Under the pieces are notes generated by a model. It was given only the letters and a program-made list of their open reading frames with translations. It did not search any database and was not told where the DNA came from. Of a DNA stretch of 64,000 nucleotides, positions 41,201-51,017 are shown piece after piece. A program made the position numbers and the translations under genes. This stretch comes from an uncultured Chloroflexota bacterium. Its GTDB lineage: Bacteria > Chloroflexota > Dehalococcoidia > Lucifugimonadales > UBA1127. The stretch spans positions 4,348 to 68,347 of the forward strand of contig CAJWQJ010000004.1 of the NCBI GenBank assembly GCA_913045315.1, given 5' to 3'. Positions within the stretch are counted from its first letter, which is position 1; the number at the start of each line of letters is the position of its first letter.

Positions 41201-41767
41201 TCCAGGAATTCTAACAGTATCACAAATCTTATAACCAACTGAAACCAAATTTTCAATATTTACTAAAACATTAAATTCAGAGTTTATAGAAAAATACATA
41301 GTATGATCTAATAAAAATTCCCTTTTTACAGTTTTGCGAATTAATGCATCTTTCGTGGTTATAACTAAGACTTTTTGAGATTCATCAGATTGATCATAAT
41401 TCAGTAATTGTGTAAGTCCTCGTATTCTAGTGAAGGATTCTGTAATATCCCAAACTAATTCATTATGTTTTGGATAAGTCCAACTGGAATATAAATCTAT
41501 TATTTTTAACGAAAAACTTGCAGATGTGTCGGAATTATAAATAAATTCAAATTCGGAAAATAAGTTATCAGCTTTAGATGGATCTTCTACCACTAGAACA
41601 AGTGGATTATTGGACTTTTGTAGTAATGAATAAAATATCCAAGATTTTGTTGCATCACTAACAAATATATTCTCGGAATTTCCTGTTTCCCCTACACTTA
41701 TTATCTCTTTTATTCGATCAAATTCGGGTAAACTATTAATCAATTCTAAAACAAGATTATTTCGCAT
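38234..41767 (-). CDS. mfd: Transcription-repair coupling factor
   Basis: 1177 aa. The helicase motifs are CGDVGYGKTE, VIVDDEQRFGV, LTLTATPIPRT and QLRGRVGRG. HSDHGIGRF is the CarD-like RNAP-interaction domain. Confidence 0.9.
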   Translation of the reverse strand: MRNNLVLELINSLPEFDRIKEIISVGETGNSENIFVSDATKSWIFYSLLQKSNNPLVLVVEDPSKADNLFSEFEFIYNSDTSASFSLKIIDLYSSWTYPKHNELVWDITESFTRIRGLTQLLNYDQSDESQKVLVITTKDALIRKTVKREFLLDHTMYFSINSEFNVLVNIENLVSVGYKICDTVRIPGDISSRGGLIDIYPINSEHPVRLDFLGNKLENIRVFDPETQLSISTINEVVISPSSEYPSSLFNFEKAKQFISESEHYNLCNKHSRIIENFLPIRELLPIENLEPFAGFFDSGMLIDYLPKNNIFLFDEFNETQVDESKINYDVVSHSNDNDSKCKIDMPSPVMDWEEVYDKLLKKNLLINSDSYPIETVPDNSSIVNFSPTYLGQIDKFIEDIKAIKQRKESVIICSSFPDRIRDILISSDNEINLYPEGDSLPEIGEVVILQFPLREGFSVYSRLKTTHILTDKEIFGYSKKNVRKRTKSPKFSLSADLTPNSLIVHSDHGIGRFVGVEIIDSNIGTREYISIEYAAGDRLYVPMDQAGKLSSYVAPKGSKPSLSRLGTQEWKRTKERAAKAAKEIAQSLIKLYASRQILPGYQFSSDTVWQSEFEDAFMYTPTRDQKDAVDVIKYSMESPHPMNYLVCGDVGYGKTEIAMRVAFKAVQDGKQVALLCPTTLLAQQHFRTFMERFNLFPLKIEVLSRFSNDIEQKRIQEQLASGQIDILIGTHKLLQRDTVFKDLGLVIVDDEQRFGVMHKEWLKRYHENVDVLTLTATPIPRTLSMALTGALDMVTVHTPPEDRQAVETHVLEYSDDLIREVISKELTRKGQVFFLHNRISDIHSWANHIKKIIPESRVCVAHSRLDEKELERVMEQFISGEKNVLISTTIIEAGIDIPNANTIIINRPELLGLAQLYQLRGRVGRGDRNGYAYLLVQINKILSESAEKRLLAMKSYQELGSGFRIAMKDLEIRGAGNILGSEQSGHMHSIGFDLYTQLLQESIDELNDTDQPKDYHFVQIADIKVTISLDAHIPIDYIPELSERLMFYKRLSTLTDEEEILIIQNEMSDRFGELPQSIFNIFYVLRVKIMASRIGVKSIVSEYGSIVIRFKYSINSYGAILEDSLGHLGVIRRNSIRVNESIGWQQNLIDVLKTVLETHQRALNLLEISENENND

Positions 41768-41981
41768 TATTTCAAAAACTCAATACTGCATAATGACATA
41801 TTAAATAAACTGAATGATAATCAATATATAAATATTCAAAGAATTTTACTTAACAGATTATACTATGATCCCTATTTGTTATAATAGATCTTCAAATATA
41901 ATTGATAGTACTACCGTAAATATATTGACTTAATACGAAAATTTATTATTGAAATAATAAATTAATTAAGGTGCTTGAGAT

Positions 41982-43130
41982 ATGAAAAATAATCAACGTG
42001 TAGTTATAAAATTAGGAACCACTTTACTAACTGGTGGAAGTAATCAATTAGACTTGGATATCCTGTCTTCTTTAGTAAAGCAAATTGTAGGACTACATAA
42101 AAAAGGATACCAAATAATAATTGTATCATCAGGTGCAGTCGCTGCAGGAAGGCATAGTCTCAACAACTGGATAACCACTAACGAATCCAGTAATAATGTT
42201 CGTTCGAGACAAATCATGGCATCAATAGGGCAAGGAATTTTGATGCATCATTTTCAAGAACTATTTGGTGCAAATCAGATTCCTGTAGCACAAGCATTAC
42301 TTACTCATAATGATATATCCGATAGAATAAGCTACCTAAATATAAGAAATTTACTTCTTGATTTAATAATGCTTAGAGTAATTCCCATAGTTAACGAAAA
42401 CGACGTTGTTGCAATAGAAGAATTAGAAGGTGAAACAATCGGAGACAACGATACTTTATCAGCATTGGTTTCAAACATGATTGATGCTGATTTACTGATA
42501 CTACTGGGAGATCTTGAAGGTTTATACAGCGAAGATCCTCATCTAAACCCTAAAGCAAAACTTATTGACTTCGTAGAAAATATAGAGGATATCGAGGCTA
42601 GAATTGGAGACTCATGGACCAATCAGGGTCGTGGAGGAATGGTTACCAAAATTAATGCTGCAAGATTAGCAACTTCATCAGGCACCAATGTAGTAATTGC
42701 AAACGGACTTATCCCAGATAATTTACATCGAATAATCAGCGGGAATAAAATTGGCACTCAATTTAAAACACGGATTACCAATCTCGAAAGCAGAAAACGT
42801 TGGTTACTATCGAGAGAATCATCAAATTGCAGTATCCATGTAGACAGTGGAGCTGCGAAGGCTATCACTCAAAAAGGAGGAAGCCTACTCCCATCAGGAA
42901 TTATTACTATATCTGGACAATTCACTAAAGGCGAAATAATCAAAATTATAGACAATAAGAATAACAAGATAGCAATTGGAATGGTAAACTACACCAATAT
43001 TGAAATTGAAGAAATTATCACTGCTAGATCAAAACCCAATGAACATCCAGTAGAAAAAATAATGTCCAATGAAGTTGTTCATCGTGACAATATGGTAATA
43101 ACAGGAGGTTCCGCTAATGCAAATCAGTAA
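41982..43130 (+). CDS. proB: Glutamate 5-kinase (with PUA domain)
   Basis: VVIKLGTTLLT...IIVSSGAVAAG...ENDVV. 382 aa. Overlaps proA. Confidence 0.85.
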   Translation: MKNNQRVVIKLGTTLLTGGSNQLDLDILSSLVKQIVGLHKKGYQIIIVSSGAVAAGRHSLNNWITTNESSNNVRSRQIMASIGQGILMHHFQELFGANQIPVAQALLTHNDISDRISYLNIRNLLLDLIMLRVIPIVNENDVVAIEELEGETIGDNDTLSALVSNMIDADLLILLGDLEGLYSEDPHLNPKAKLIDFVENIEDIEARIGDSWTNQGRGGMVTKINAARLATSSGTNVVIANGLIPDNLHRIISGNKIGTQFKTRITNLESRKRWLLSRESSNCSIHVDSGAAKAITQKGGSLLPSGIITISGQFTKGEIIKIIDNKNNKIAIGMVNYTNIEIEEIITARSKPNEHPVEKIMSNEVVHRDNMVITGGSANANQ

Positions 43131-44388
43131 AGAATTAGTTTCTATGGGTAAATCTGCAAAAATTGCAGGTAAAACACTTGCAAATACTTCGACATCTAAA
43201 AGAAATACTATTTTAAAGAACGTAATAGCTGGTCTGAAAAGAAATAAAGAAAAACTATTGCAGGCCAATCAAATTGACCTTATTAATGGCTCGCAAAACG
43301 GATTGGGATTAGAAATCCTTGACCGATTAGAACTTAATTCCAGTCGTTTAGATGGTTTAGCATCAGATATTCAAAACTTAATTCAACTTCCTGATATATT
43401 AGGTGAAGAATTTGAATCCAAAGAGTTAGAAAATGGACTTTTACTGTCTAAAAGGAGAGTCCCACTTGGAGTTATAGGGGCTATTTATGAAAGTAGACCA
43501 AACGTTACAATTGATATTGCTTCAATATGTATCAAATCTGGAAATTCATGTATTTTACGAGGTGGAAAAGAATCAATTAATACAAATAAAGCCTTGGTAG
43601 ACATAATTTCCATGGCCCTTATAGATGCAGATTGTCCACCCGAAGCTGTGCAATTCATTGAAAGCACTGACAGAAATCTAGTTGGCCAAATGCTTTCAAT
43701 GAAAGATTACATTGACTTGATAATACCTAGAGGTGGATCAACGCTTGTTAATTATGTCAATGAAACTGCATTAATGCCTGCTATAACTGGAGGTATAGGA
43801 GTATGTCATACCTATATTGATTCTCCAACTAATATAGACGATGCCGTGGAAATCGTTTATAACGCAAAAGTTCAACGTCCATCAGTATGCAATGCACTTG
43901 ACACTATCCTTGTTAATCATGAAGTGGCTAAAACGTTCCTGCCTTTAGTTAGCGAAAAATTAGCTGACAAAGGAGTAGAGCTTAGATGCGATGAACCTAG
44001 TTTATCCATTATATCACCTCTTGAATTACCTAATATATCTAAAGCTAAAGAATCTGATTGGGGGCAAGAATTTTTGGACCTGATCTTATCTGTGAAAATT
44101 GTAGATTCTATAGATGAAGCCTTGAAACACATTGAACAATATGGATCAGGTCACACTGAAGCTATACTCACTGAAAATGATGTGAACGCTAATAAATTTT
44201 TAAATCTAGTGGATTCTTCAGCTGTTTTTGTTAACGCAAGCACAAGATTAAATGATGGTGGTCAATTTGGACTCGGAGCGGAAGTAGCTATCAGTACAAG
44301 TAAATTTCATGCGCGCGGACCAATGGGATTAGAAGCATTAATGTCCTATAAATGGATTGGAAAGGGCTCAGGACAAATTAGGAACTAA
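43117..44388 (+). CDS. proA: Gamma-glutamyl phosphate reductase
   Basis: PLGVIGAIYESRPNVT...ILRGGKE...CNALDTILV...GSGHTEAI...NASTRLNDG. Confidence 0.9.
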   Translation: MQISKELVSMGKSAKIAGKTLANTSTSKRNTILKNVIAGLKRNKEKLLQANQIDLINGSQNGLGLEILDRLELNSSRLDGLASDIQNLIQLPDILGEEFESKELENGLLLSKRRVPLGVIGAIYESRPNVTIDIASICIKSGNSCILRGGKESINTNKALVDIISMALIDADCPPEAVQFIESTDRNLVGQMLSMKDYIDLIIPRGGSTLVNYVNETALMPAITGGIGVCHTYIDSPTNIDDAVEIVYNAKVQRPSVCNALDTILVNHEVAKTFLPLVSEKLADKGVELRCDEPSLSIISPLELPNISKAKESDWGQEFLDLILSVKIVDSIDEALKHIEQYGSGHTEAILTENDVNANKFLNLVDSSAVFVNASTRLNDGGQFGLGAEVAISTSKFHARGPMGLEALMSYKWIGKGSGQIRN

Positions 44389-44412
44389 TATACCAAATCC
44401 GCAAATCAATCC

Positions 44413-45228
44413 CTAGTCAATGATTCCCTTTAACTCCATCTTCATTTCTTGTATAGTATATCCGTATTTCCTCTTTCTAAGATCAATATAGAGAATTGTT
44501 GTAGTTAAAAATTCTATCGGAAATAGAATAGCGAGAAGTGTGGTTTCAAGTATCCCGTAAAAAACCAGCATTAATTGAGAAGCTGATTGGCTTATTTCAC
44601 CAATAGGAATTCCAAAAATTAATTGAAAAAAAGCCTGGATTAATTGCAGCAACATGATAATCCCAAAAACTCTCCACCAATTACTTGTTACAAGTTCTCT
44701 ACTCAATAACAATGATTGGGCTCCTTGAGCATTCTGAAAAATAATAATGAATATATAAAATTGAAATGCCACCAAACAATATAAAAGTAAAGGTATTCCA
44801 ATAATAAAAAAAGAAAGTAAGATACCTGGAATTAAAACTGCAACAAAAAGTAAAGTTCCCACTAAAATTGAGCGCCATCTAGTAATAATCCAATCTACAC
44901 ATGTCTCAATCCTTACTGTAGTTTTTACAAATATCTGACAGAAAATTAAAGCTCCAAGACTCTTCAAAAATACATAAGCAGCAAAACCTAAAAATATTGA
45001 TAAAACGTTAAATGGCCAAGGAATAACAGTACTAATAACTAGTGGGGTACTAGCTACAAAAGAAAACATAAAAAGCAAAAGAAAGTTATTTTTATACGTA
45101 ATGTACGTTAATCGGATGATATCTTGTAAATCCATTGCAGGTATTGCACCGCGTTTTAAAGTCATCCCACATTCACAACAATATTCCGAATCAAAATTAT
45201 TTTTTGCGTTGCATCTAGAACAATCCAC
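44413..45228 (-). CDS. Membrane protein with an N-terminal zinc-ribbon
   Basis: MDCSRCNAKNNFDSEYCCECG (CxxC...CxxC) followed by about 6 hydrophobic segments. Confidence 0.6.
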   Translation of the reverse strand: MDCSRCNAKNNFDSEYCCECGMTLKRGAIPAMDLQDIIRLTYITYKNNFLLLFMFSFVASTPLVISTVIPWPFNVLSIFLGFAAYVFLKSLGALIFCQIFVKTTVRIETCVDWIITRWRSILVGTLLFVAVLIPGILLSFFIIGIPLLLYCLVAFQFYIFIIIFQNAQGAQSLLLSRELVTSNWWRVFGIIMLLQLIQAFFQLIFGIPIGEISQSASQLMLVFYGILETTLLAILFPIEFLTTTILYIDLRKRKYGYTIQEMKMELKGIID

Positions 45229-45263
45229 GAAAACCTCAAGAAATAACCATAATGAAGTTTCTG

Positions 45264-46664
45264 CTATTGCTTGTTACGGTAATAATTAATTATCTTCAAA
45301 ATAGAATTCGCTGCTCGATCATAATTTTGATAAGAAGGAATATTCTCTTCTTTAAGCATATTATCTATAATATTTAAGGATTCAGCATCATTATACGGAT
45401 CAGTAGAATGTAACACTGCAAAAAGAGGTTTCCCAACTTTCTTAAGATTAATAAATGAATTGATTTGACTTTCAGCAGCTTCTGGACTTCGCCTATACAT
45501 TCCTGGAGTAAACTGCATCATAAGGCTATCAACGTGAGGATCATTTGCCCAAATTTCTAATATCTCATCAAAATGATCTCTATTTACTGCACCAATATCT
45601 ATTGGATTATTATAGCTTGCACCTATTACTTGCATAATCTCTCCAAGACTATCAAGTGAATCATTTGATAGCACAGGAACTTCCATTCCAGCTTTTGAAA
45701 AAGAATCCGTCATGGAAACTGATTGACCTCCAGTTCCACCAGCTAAACCTACACGATTCCCAGAAAAAGGTGGTAGAAAATATAACCCCTTTAACGCGTC
45801 TGAAACTTCCTCAAGGTCATCACATCGAATAGCACCTGCCTGCTTTATTACTGCATCCCAAGAATTCATAGATTCTGCCAGTGATCCAGTATGGGATGAT
45901 GTGGCCCTTTGACCTGCAGGAGTTTGACCTCCCTTCCAGACGATAACCGGTTTTTTTGCAGTGGCTTCTTTAAGTTTTGGCAAAAAACTTCTGCCGTTTC
46001 TAACACCCTCAATATACATAACTATTATTCTCGTTGTGGGATCCTGAGCAAAATAATCTAACCAATCACCATTTTCAAGAACTACTCCATTCCCAAAACT
46101 GACCACCTTGTTAAGTTTAACTCCATTAGAATTTGCCATTGCTGCAATACCACCAGCATGACCTCCACTTTGAGATATTACCGAAACATCCCCAGAATAT
46201 CCTGTTGCTTGTTCAACCATAAAACGCACACCTAAATTTGGATTATACAAACCCATGCAATTAGGCCCAAGTAATACAATTCCAGAATCCTCTGCCATTT
46301 GAGTTATCTCTTTTTGAAGTTCAACACCTTCCTCACTACCTGACTCGGCAAATCCAGAAGTAAACATCCCTACTCCAGAAACACCTTTAGTAACACAATC
46401 TCGAAAAACAAAAGGGCTCACACGCCTAGGGACTGCAATTACTGCATAATCAACATGTTCTGGTATATCCATAACGCTTTTATAATTAGTAATTCCCATA
46501 GCTTCAATTCCAGGAATTTCTTTTTCATCGAGTTGGACTGAATAAACTTTACCTGAAAACGTCTGCATATTAGTAAGCCACGTATATCCTGGTCCTTTAT
46601 CACCAATTACAGCCACAGTTTCGGGGTTTAATGCACGATCAATACGAGGTATATTTAATTCCAT
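45264..46664 (-). CDS. CoA-binding protein related to the alpha domain of ADP-forming acyl-CoA synthetases / succinyl-CoA synthetase
   Basis: PETVAVIGD...NYKSVMDIPEHVDYAVIAVP...LLGPNCMG...SQSGGHAGG (phosphohistidine-loop-like). Confidence 0.7.
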   Translation of the reverse strand: MELNIPRIDRALNPETVAVIGDKGPGYTWLTNMQTFSGKVYSVQLDEKEIPGIEAMGITNYKSVMDIPEHVDYAVIAVPRRVSPFVFRDCVTKGVSGVGMFTSGFAESGSEEGVELQKEITQMAEDSGIVLLGPNCMGLYNPNLGVRFMVEQATGYSGDVSVISQSGGHAGGIAAMANSNGVKLNKVVSFGNGVVLENGDWLDYFAQDPTTRIIVMYIEGVRNGRSFLPKLKEATAKKPVIVWKGGQTPAGQRATSSHTGSLAESMNSWDAVIKQAGAIRCDDLEEVSDALKGLYFLPPFSGNRVGLAGGTGGQSVSMTDSFSKAGMEVPVLSNDSLDSLGEIMQVIGASYNNPIDIGAVNRDHFDEILEIWANDPHVDSLMMQFTPGMYRRSPEAAESQINSFINLKKVGKPLFAVLHSTDPYNDAESLNIIDNMLKEENIPSYQNYDRAANSILKIINYYRNKQ

Positions 46665-46738
46665 CAGATATAACTCCTAGGACTTCAGATTGAATGTTGA
46701 GATTAATACTTCATAGAAAACTCGTCAACAGAAATAAA

Positions 46739-46924
46739 TTATTTACTTCTTAAATATATTGAGAAACCATAGAACAGTAACCCTAAACCATATGAAAGAA
46801 TTAACCAAATCATTGGGAAATCTCTCACTGTTCCAAATAATGAGAACGTTATAAGAATAAGTGCAGAAATTCGAAATATGAAAATTAAACTCATAAATTT
46901 TTTTCCTTTTTGAATGAGTATCAT
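46739..46924 (-). CDS. Small two-TM membrane protein
   Basis: 61-aa ORF whose ATG overlaps the serS TGA stop (ATGA), suggesting translational coupling. It has two hydrophobic segments. Confidence 0.45.
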   Translation of the reverse strand: MILIQKGKKFMSLIFIFRISALILITFSLFGTVRDFPMIWLILSYGLGLLFYGFSIYLRSK

Positions 46925-48204
46925 CCTATTATGTCACAACCCATATATGGCCTCAAAACTTCAGGAATCGATACTCTTCCATCAGACAGTTGATTATTCT
47001 CTAGAATTGCAATAAGAATTCGGGGTATTGCTAATCCTGAACCGTTAAGAGTATGGACAAAACTTGGTTTTGCTCCATTGCTCTCACGGAAACGGATATT
47101 TGAACGTACAGCCTGAAATTCTATGCAATTAGAACACGAACTTACCTCTAGCCATTCCTCAGATCCAGCGGCCCATACTTCAATATCATATGTTTTAGCT
47201 GACTGAAAACCAAGATCACCAGAACAAAGCTCTACAATCCTATATGGAAGATTCAGTAACTTACATAATTTTTCAGCTTGTTCAACAAGTTGAAAAAATG
47301 CTTCTTCTGAATCATCAGGATGTGTTATTTTGTACATCTCAATTTTATCGAATTGATGAAGTCGTTTGATTCCACGAGTTTCACGTCCATGAGCAGCCTT
47401 TTCCCTTCGGAAACATGGAGTATGGGAAACATAATTTAATGGAAGAATATCGATTGATAATATTTCTTCACTATGTAATCCTGTAAGTGCTACTTCTGCC
47501 GTAGGAATCCACCAAAAATCCTCTTCTATGTCACGATAAAGATTTTCAGAAAATTTAGGTAAATTTCCACTTCCTTCCAATGTTTTCCCCTTCACCATGA
47601 CAGGAGGAATTATTTCAATATAATTATGTTCTCTGGTATGAACATCTAGCATCCATGAAATTAAGGCTCTTTGTAATCTTGCACCCAATCCAGCAAGTAT
47701 ATAAAAACGAGATCCGGATATTTTAATACCCCGCTGAAAATCAATGATTCCTAAATTCTCTCCTAATTCCCAATGTGGACGAGGCTGAAAATCAAAGACA
47801 GGAAAAATACCTTCATCTCGTAAAATTTTATTAGCAGATTCATCAAAACCTTCTGGAACAGACTCCAAAGGAATATTAGGAATTCTAAGGAGCAAATCAT
47901 CTAATGATTTGTCAATTCCAGTCAATTCATCCTGAAGGGTCGTAATTTTTTCGTTAATATTTTTTGTGCTTTCACGTAACGCATTTAAACGTGTGGAGTC
48001 ATCTGTTTTATTCTTTACAAGTGATCCATATTCCTTACTAATTGAGTTGTGCTGTGACCTAAGAAGATCTCGTTCGGTAATTAACGCCCTACGTTGAGTA
48101 TCAAAATCTCGAATTTTTGAAACAAATGATAGATCTTCTCCACGCTTTTTAAGCGCATCAATCACATAATCAGGATTATCACGGATTAAATCAATCCTTA
48201 ACAT
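46921..48204 (-). CDS. serS: Seryl-tRNA synthetase
   Basis: MLRIDLIRDNPDYV..., an N-terminal coiled coil, class II motifs FRRE and GSGLAIPR. 427 aa. Confidence 0.9.
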   Translation of the reverse strand: MLRIDLIRDNPDYVIDALKKRGEDLSFVSKIRDFDTQRRALITERDLLRSQHNSISKEYGSLVKNKTDDSTRLNALRESTKNINEKITTLQDELTGIDKSLDDLLLRIPNIPLESVPEGFDESANKILRDEGIFPVFDFQPRPHWELGENLGIIDFQRGIKISGSRFYILAGLGARLQRALISWMLDVHTREHNYIEIIPPVMVKGKTLEGSGNLPKFSENLYRDIEEDFWWIPTAEVALTGLHSEEILSIDILPLNYVSHTPCFRREKAAHGRETRGIKRLHQFDKIEMYKITHPDDSEEAFFQLVEQAEKLCKLLNLPYRIVELCSGDLGFQSAKTYDIEVWAAGSEEWLEVSSCSNCIEFQAVRSNIRFRESNGAKPSFVHTLNGSGLAIPRILIAILENNQLSDGRVSIPEVLRPYMGCDIIG

Positions 48205-48484
48205 TACCTACTCCGCTTTGGTGATGAATGATACACAATTCAACACGCTCCATTATGGTTTCAATAGTTAAACACTCCAGAATAGATGGTGGTATTTCCT
48301 TCATGAGCTCATTTTTCAACGTATCTTTTGCATGATTAAATATTTCTGACATAGTCATAAATCCGTTAGATAAAGTGTTTCCGTATATTTTAACTGCAAT
48401 AGAATTAAGTCGATCATCAACCTCTTTGATAGCATCTTCAGATTTAATTGACATTGGCCTGTTCCACTCGATTTTGAATTTCAT
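48191..48484 (-). CDS. Hypothetical small protein between lysS and serS
   Basis: 97-aa ORF (87 aa if it starts at the internal ATG at 48454). It overlaps the lysS 3' end and the serS 5' end. No family recognised. Confidence 0.45.
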   Translation of the reverse strand: MKFKIEWNRPMSIKSEDAIKEVDDRLNSIAVKIYGNTLSNGFMTMSEIFNHAKDTLKNELMKEIPPSILECLTIETIMERVELCIIHHQSGVGNVKD

Positions 48485-50090
48485 CTTTAGTAATTCGGGA
48501 TCGCAAATCTTCTGTTAATGCTTTATATATATATTCTGTGAATTCATCTGTACTCATTGGTAATTGTCTATTATCAGTAATTAAATCATCTACGAAACGA
48601 AATATTTCTTCCTGTGAAAGTGATAAATGAGGAAATAATACAACTTCACGTATATTTTTTTGATCAGTCAGTAACATTACAAGTCGATCAATTCCAAGTC
48701 CTAATCCTCCTGTTGGAGGCATGCCATATTCAAGTGCATCCAAAAAGGCATCATCGATTCTATCAAAATCTTCATCGGCATGTTGGTCTCTCAATTCTTC
48801 TTGACTCTGAAAACGAATTCGTTGATCGATCGGATCGTTCAACTCGCTATAAGCATTACCAATTTCCATTCCACCTATAAAGGCTTCAAATCTATCAACA
48901 TAATTACCATCAGATGTTTTTCGTTTTGCCAACGGTGACATTTCAGCTGGATAATCAATCAAAAAAGTTGGTTGTATTAAATGAGGTTCAACCTTATCTG
49001 AAATAATCTTATCAACTAATCTTCCCCAACTTACTTCCTGGGTAACGGCAATTCCTGCTTCTCTCATGCGACCAGCAAGAGAACTAGGGTCCGGAAATTC
49101 ATCTAAATCTATTCCACTAAACTCCCGAATAGCATCTTGCAAACGAATTTTTGCCCAAGGCGTAGAAAAATCTATTACATGGTCATTCCAATCAACATTT
49201 GTATTTCCGTTTACAGAATCCACTACAATAGAAATCATTGATTCAACCATTTCCATAACACCCTGAAGATCAGTGTAGGCTTGATAACTCTCTAATAATG
49301 TATACTCGGGATTATGAGACAAATCTATACCTTCATTTCTGAATACACGTCCAATCTCATAAACACGATCAAGTCCTCCGATAATACATCTTTTAAGGTA
49401 CAACTCTGTAGCAATTCGCATATATAGAGTTCTATTCAAAGCATTATGGTTAGTAATAAAAGGTTTCGCCATTGCTCCTGCAGCAACAGGAACCAGGACA
49501 GGAGTTTCAACTTCAACAAAATTTCTGGAATCAAGAAAAGATCTAATTGCTGAAACTATACGCGATCGTTTTATAAATCTTGCTCTTACATCATCATTGG
49601 ATGACAAATCAATTTCTCTCTGTCGATAACGTAACTCTACATCTTTTAATCCATGCCATTTATCAGGCGGAGGACGTAAGGATTTACTCAACAATGTTAG
49701 ATTTTCTGCTTTTATACTTGGCTCACCTGTTTGAGTAAATATTAATTCTCCAGAAATACCAACGTGATCCCAAAGGTCCAATTCTTTTAATAAATCATAG
49801 TTTTCGTGAAGAAGATCTTTTCTTAGATATCCTTGGATAACACCCGTTCCGTCACGTAAATCCAAAAAGGATGCCTTTCCCATAACTCGCAAACGAATTA
49901 ATCTTCCTGCTAAGACCACCTTTATAGGATCTTTATCAATTCCATCCTTATTCTTATCCAATAAATTCAACGCTTGAGATATCGTATTTGTAATTCCAAA
50001 ACTGATTGGATATGGATCAATACCCATATCTTTTATTCTAGATAGTTTTTCTAACCTATTGGTAATAAGTTCTTCGCCACGATCAGGCAT
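48444..50090 (-). CDS. lysS: Lysyl-tRNA synthetase, class II, with a C-terminal extension of about 55 aa
   Basis: An OB-fold N-domain precedes class II motifs RVFRNEG and GGLGLGIDRLVMLL. The usual end (...EVVLFPHL) is followed by 59 further residues. Confidence 0.9.
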   Translation of the reverse strand: MPDRGEELITNRLEKLSRIKDMGIDPYPISFGITNTISQALNLLDKNKDGIDKDPIKVVLAGRLIRLRVMGKASFLDLRDGTGVIQGYLRKDLLHENYDLLKELDLWDHVGISGELIFTQTGEPSIKAENLTLLSKSLRPPPDKWHGLKDVELRYRQREIDLSSNDDVRARFIKRSRIVSAIRSFLDSRNFVEVETPVLVPVAAGAMAKPFITNHNALNRTLYMRIATELYLKRCIIGGLDRVYEIGRVFRNEGIDLSHNPEYTLLESYQAYTDLQGVMEMVESMISIVVDSVNGNTNVDWNDHVIDFSTPWAKIRLQDAIREFSGIDLDEFPDPSSLAGRMREAGIAVTQEVSWGRLVDKIISDKVEPHLIQPTFLIDYPAEMSPLAKRKTSDGNYVDRFEAFIGGMEIGNAYSELNDPIDQRIRFQSQEELRDQHADEDFDRIDDAFLDALEYGMPPTGGLGLGIDRLVMLLTDQKNIREVVLFPHLSLSQEEIFRFVDDLITDNRQLPMSTDEFTEYIYKALTEDLRSRITKDEIQNRVEQANVN

Positions 50091-50218
50091 TTACAAAACC
50101 CTTTTTTAATTTTAATAAATTCATTAGATTTATCATCGCAGATATCCACAAGATTAGGCAAATCATTGACATTGAATTTAAATAAAGTAGACAATCACTC
50201 CAACATTTTTATAAATTA

Positions 50219-50992
50219 ATGAGTAAAATAATGAGTGAACAAGAAATATCTTTTACAAATATTGATTATATTCAAAAAATACATTTCCCACCTTTTGTAG
50301 ATTCAATAGAACATCAGATGATATTAAGTGCTCAATTAACATCTATAATACAGGATATAAATGAGAATCCTGATGTACGAATAGTAGTAATTGAAGGTAA
50401 TCAAATTTCATTTAATTTTCAAACAAACAATTTACCCTCCCCCCAAACTGAAAAAGAAATGGAAGAACGACAAATAGCACAATTAATCGCTAACATTAAA
50501 TGTCCTACGATCATGCTTTGTAGTGGTTCAATAGTTGCACAAGGATTTGAAATATGTCTTTCCACCGACATAAGAATTTGTAGCTCAAATACGGTCTTTC
50601 AAATGCCACAACTTTATTGGAATCAACTACCTTGGGATGGAGGAACACAACGATTATCAAGACTGATTGGAATCCCCAAAAGTCTTGATTTAATGCTAAC
50701 AGGAAGAAATATGAATGCTGAAGAGGCTATTCAGTCAGGCTTGGTTCATCAGATGACAGAACCTAATAAATTAGAAACAACTGGAATTGAATTGGCAAAA
50801 CAAATGAGTGAATATGCACCTATTGCCATGCAATATACTAAAGAAGCTATTTTAAATGGATATGAACTTCCACTAAATGCAGCACTAACTCTTGAACTTG
50901 ATTTTAACGTCCTATTACATTCAACTCATGACAGACTTGAAGGGATAAATTCATTTCTTGAAAAAAGAGCTCCTGATTTTCAAGGGTCGTAA
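50219..50992 (+). CDS. Divergent crotonase-fold protein lacking the canonical oxyanion-hole motif
   Basis: The C-terminal half is crotonase-like (GGTQRLSRLIG...LTGRNMNAEEA...L.EGINSFLEKRAPDF). Where paralogs have G-x-G-x-A-F-(C/S)-A-G-A-D, this protein reads EGNQISFNFQTN. Confidence 0.65.
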   Translation: MSKIMSEQEISFTNIDYIQKIHFPPFVDSIEHQMILSAQLTSIIQDINENPDVRIVVIEGNQISFNFQTNNLPSPQTEKEMEERQIAQLIANIKCPTIMLCSGSIVAQGFEICLSTDIRICSSNTVFQMPQLYWNQLPWDGGTQRLSRLIGIPKSLDLMLTGRNMNAEEAIQSGLVHQMTEPNKLETTGIELAKQMSEYAPIAMQYTKEAILNGYELPLNAALTLELDFNVLLHSTHDRLEGINSFLEKRAPDFQGS

Positions 50993-51017
50993 ATCTCAAA
51001 TTCATAGGAAATAAGTT

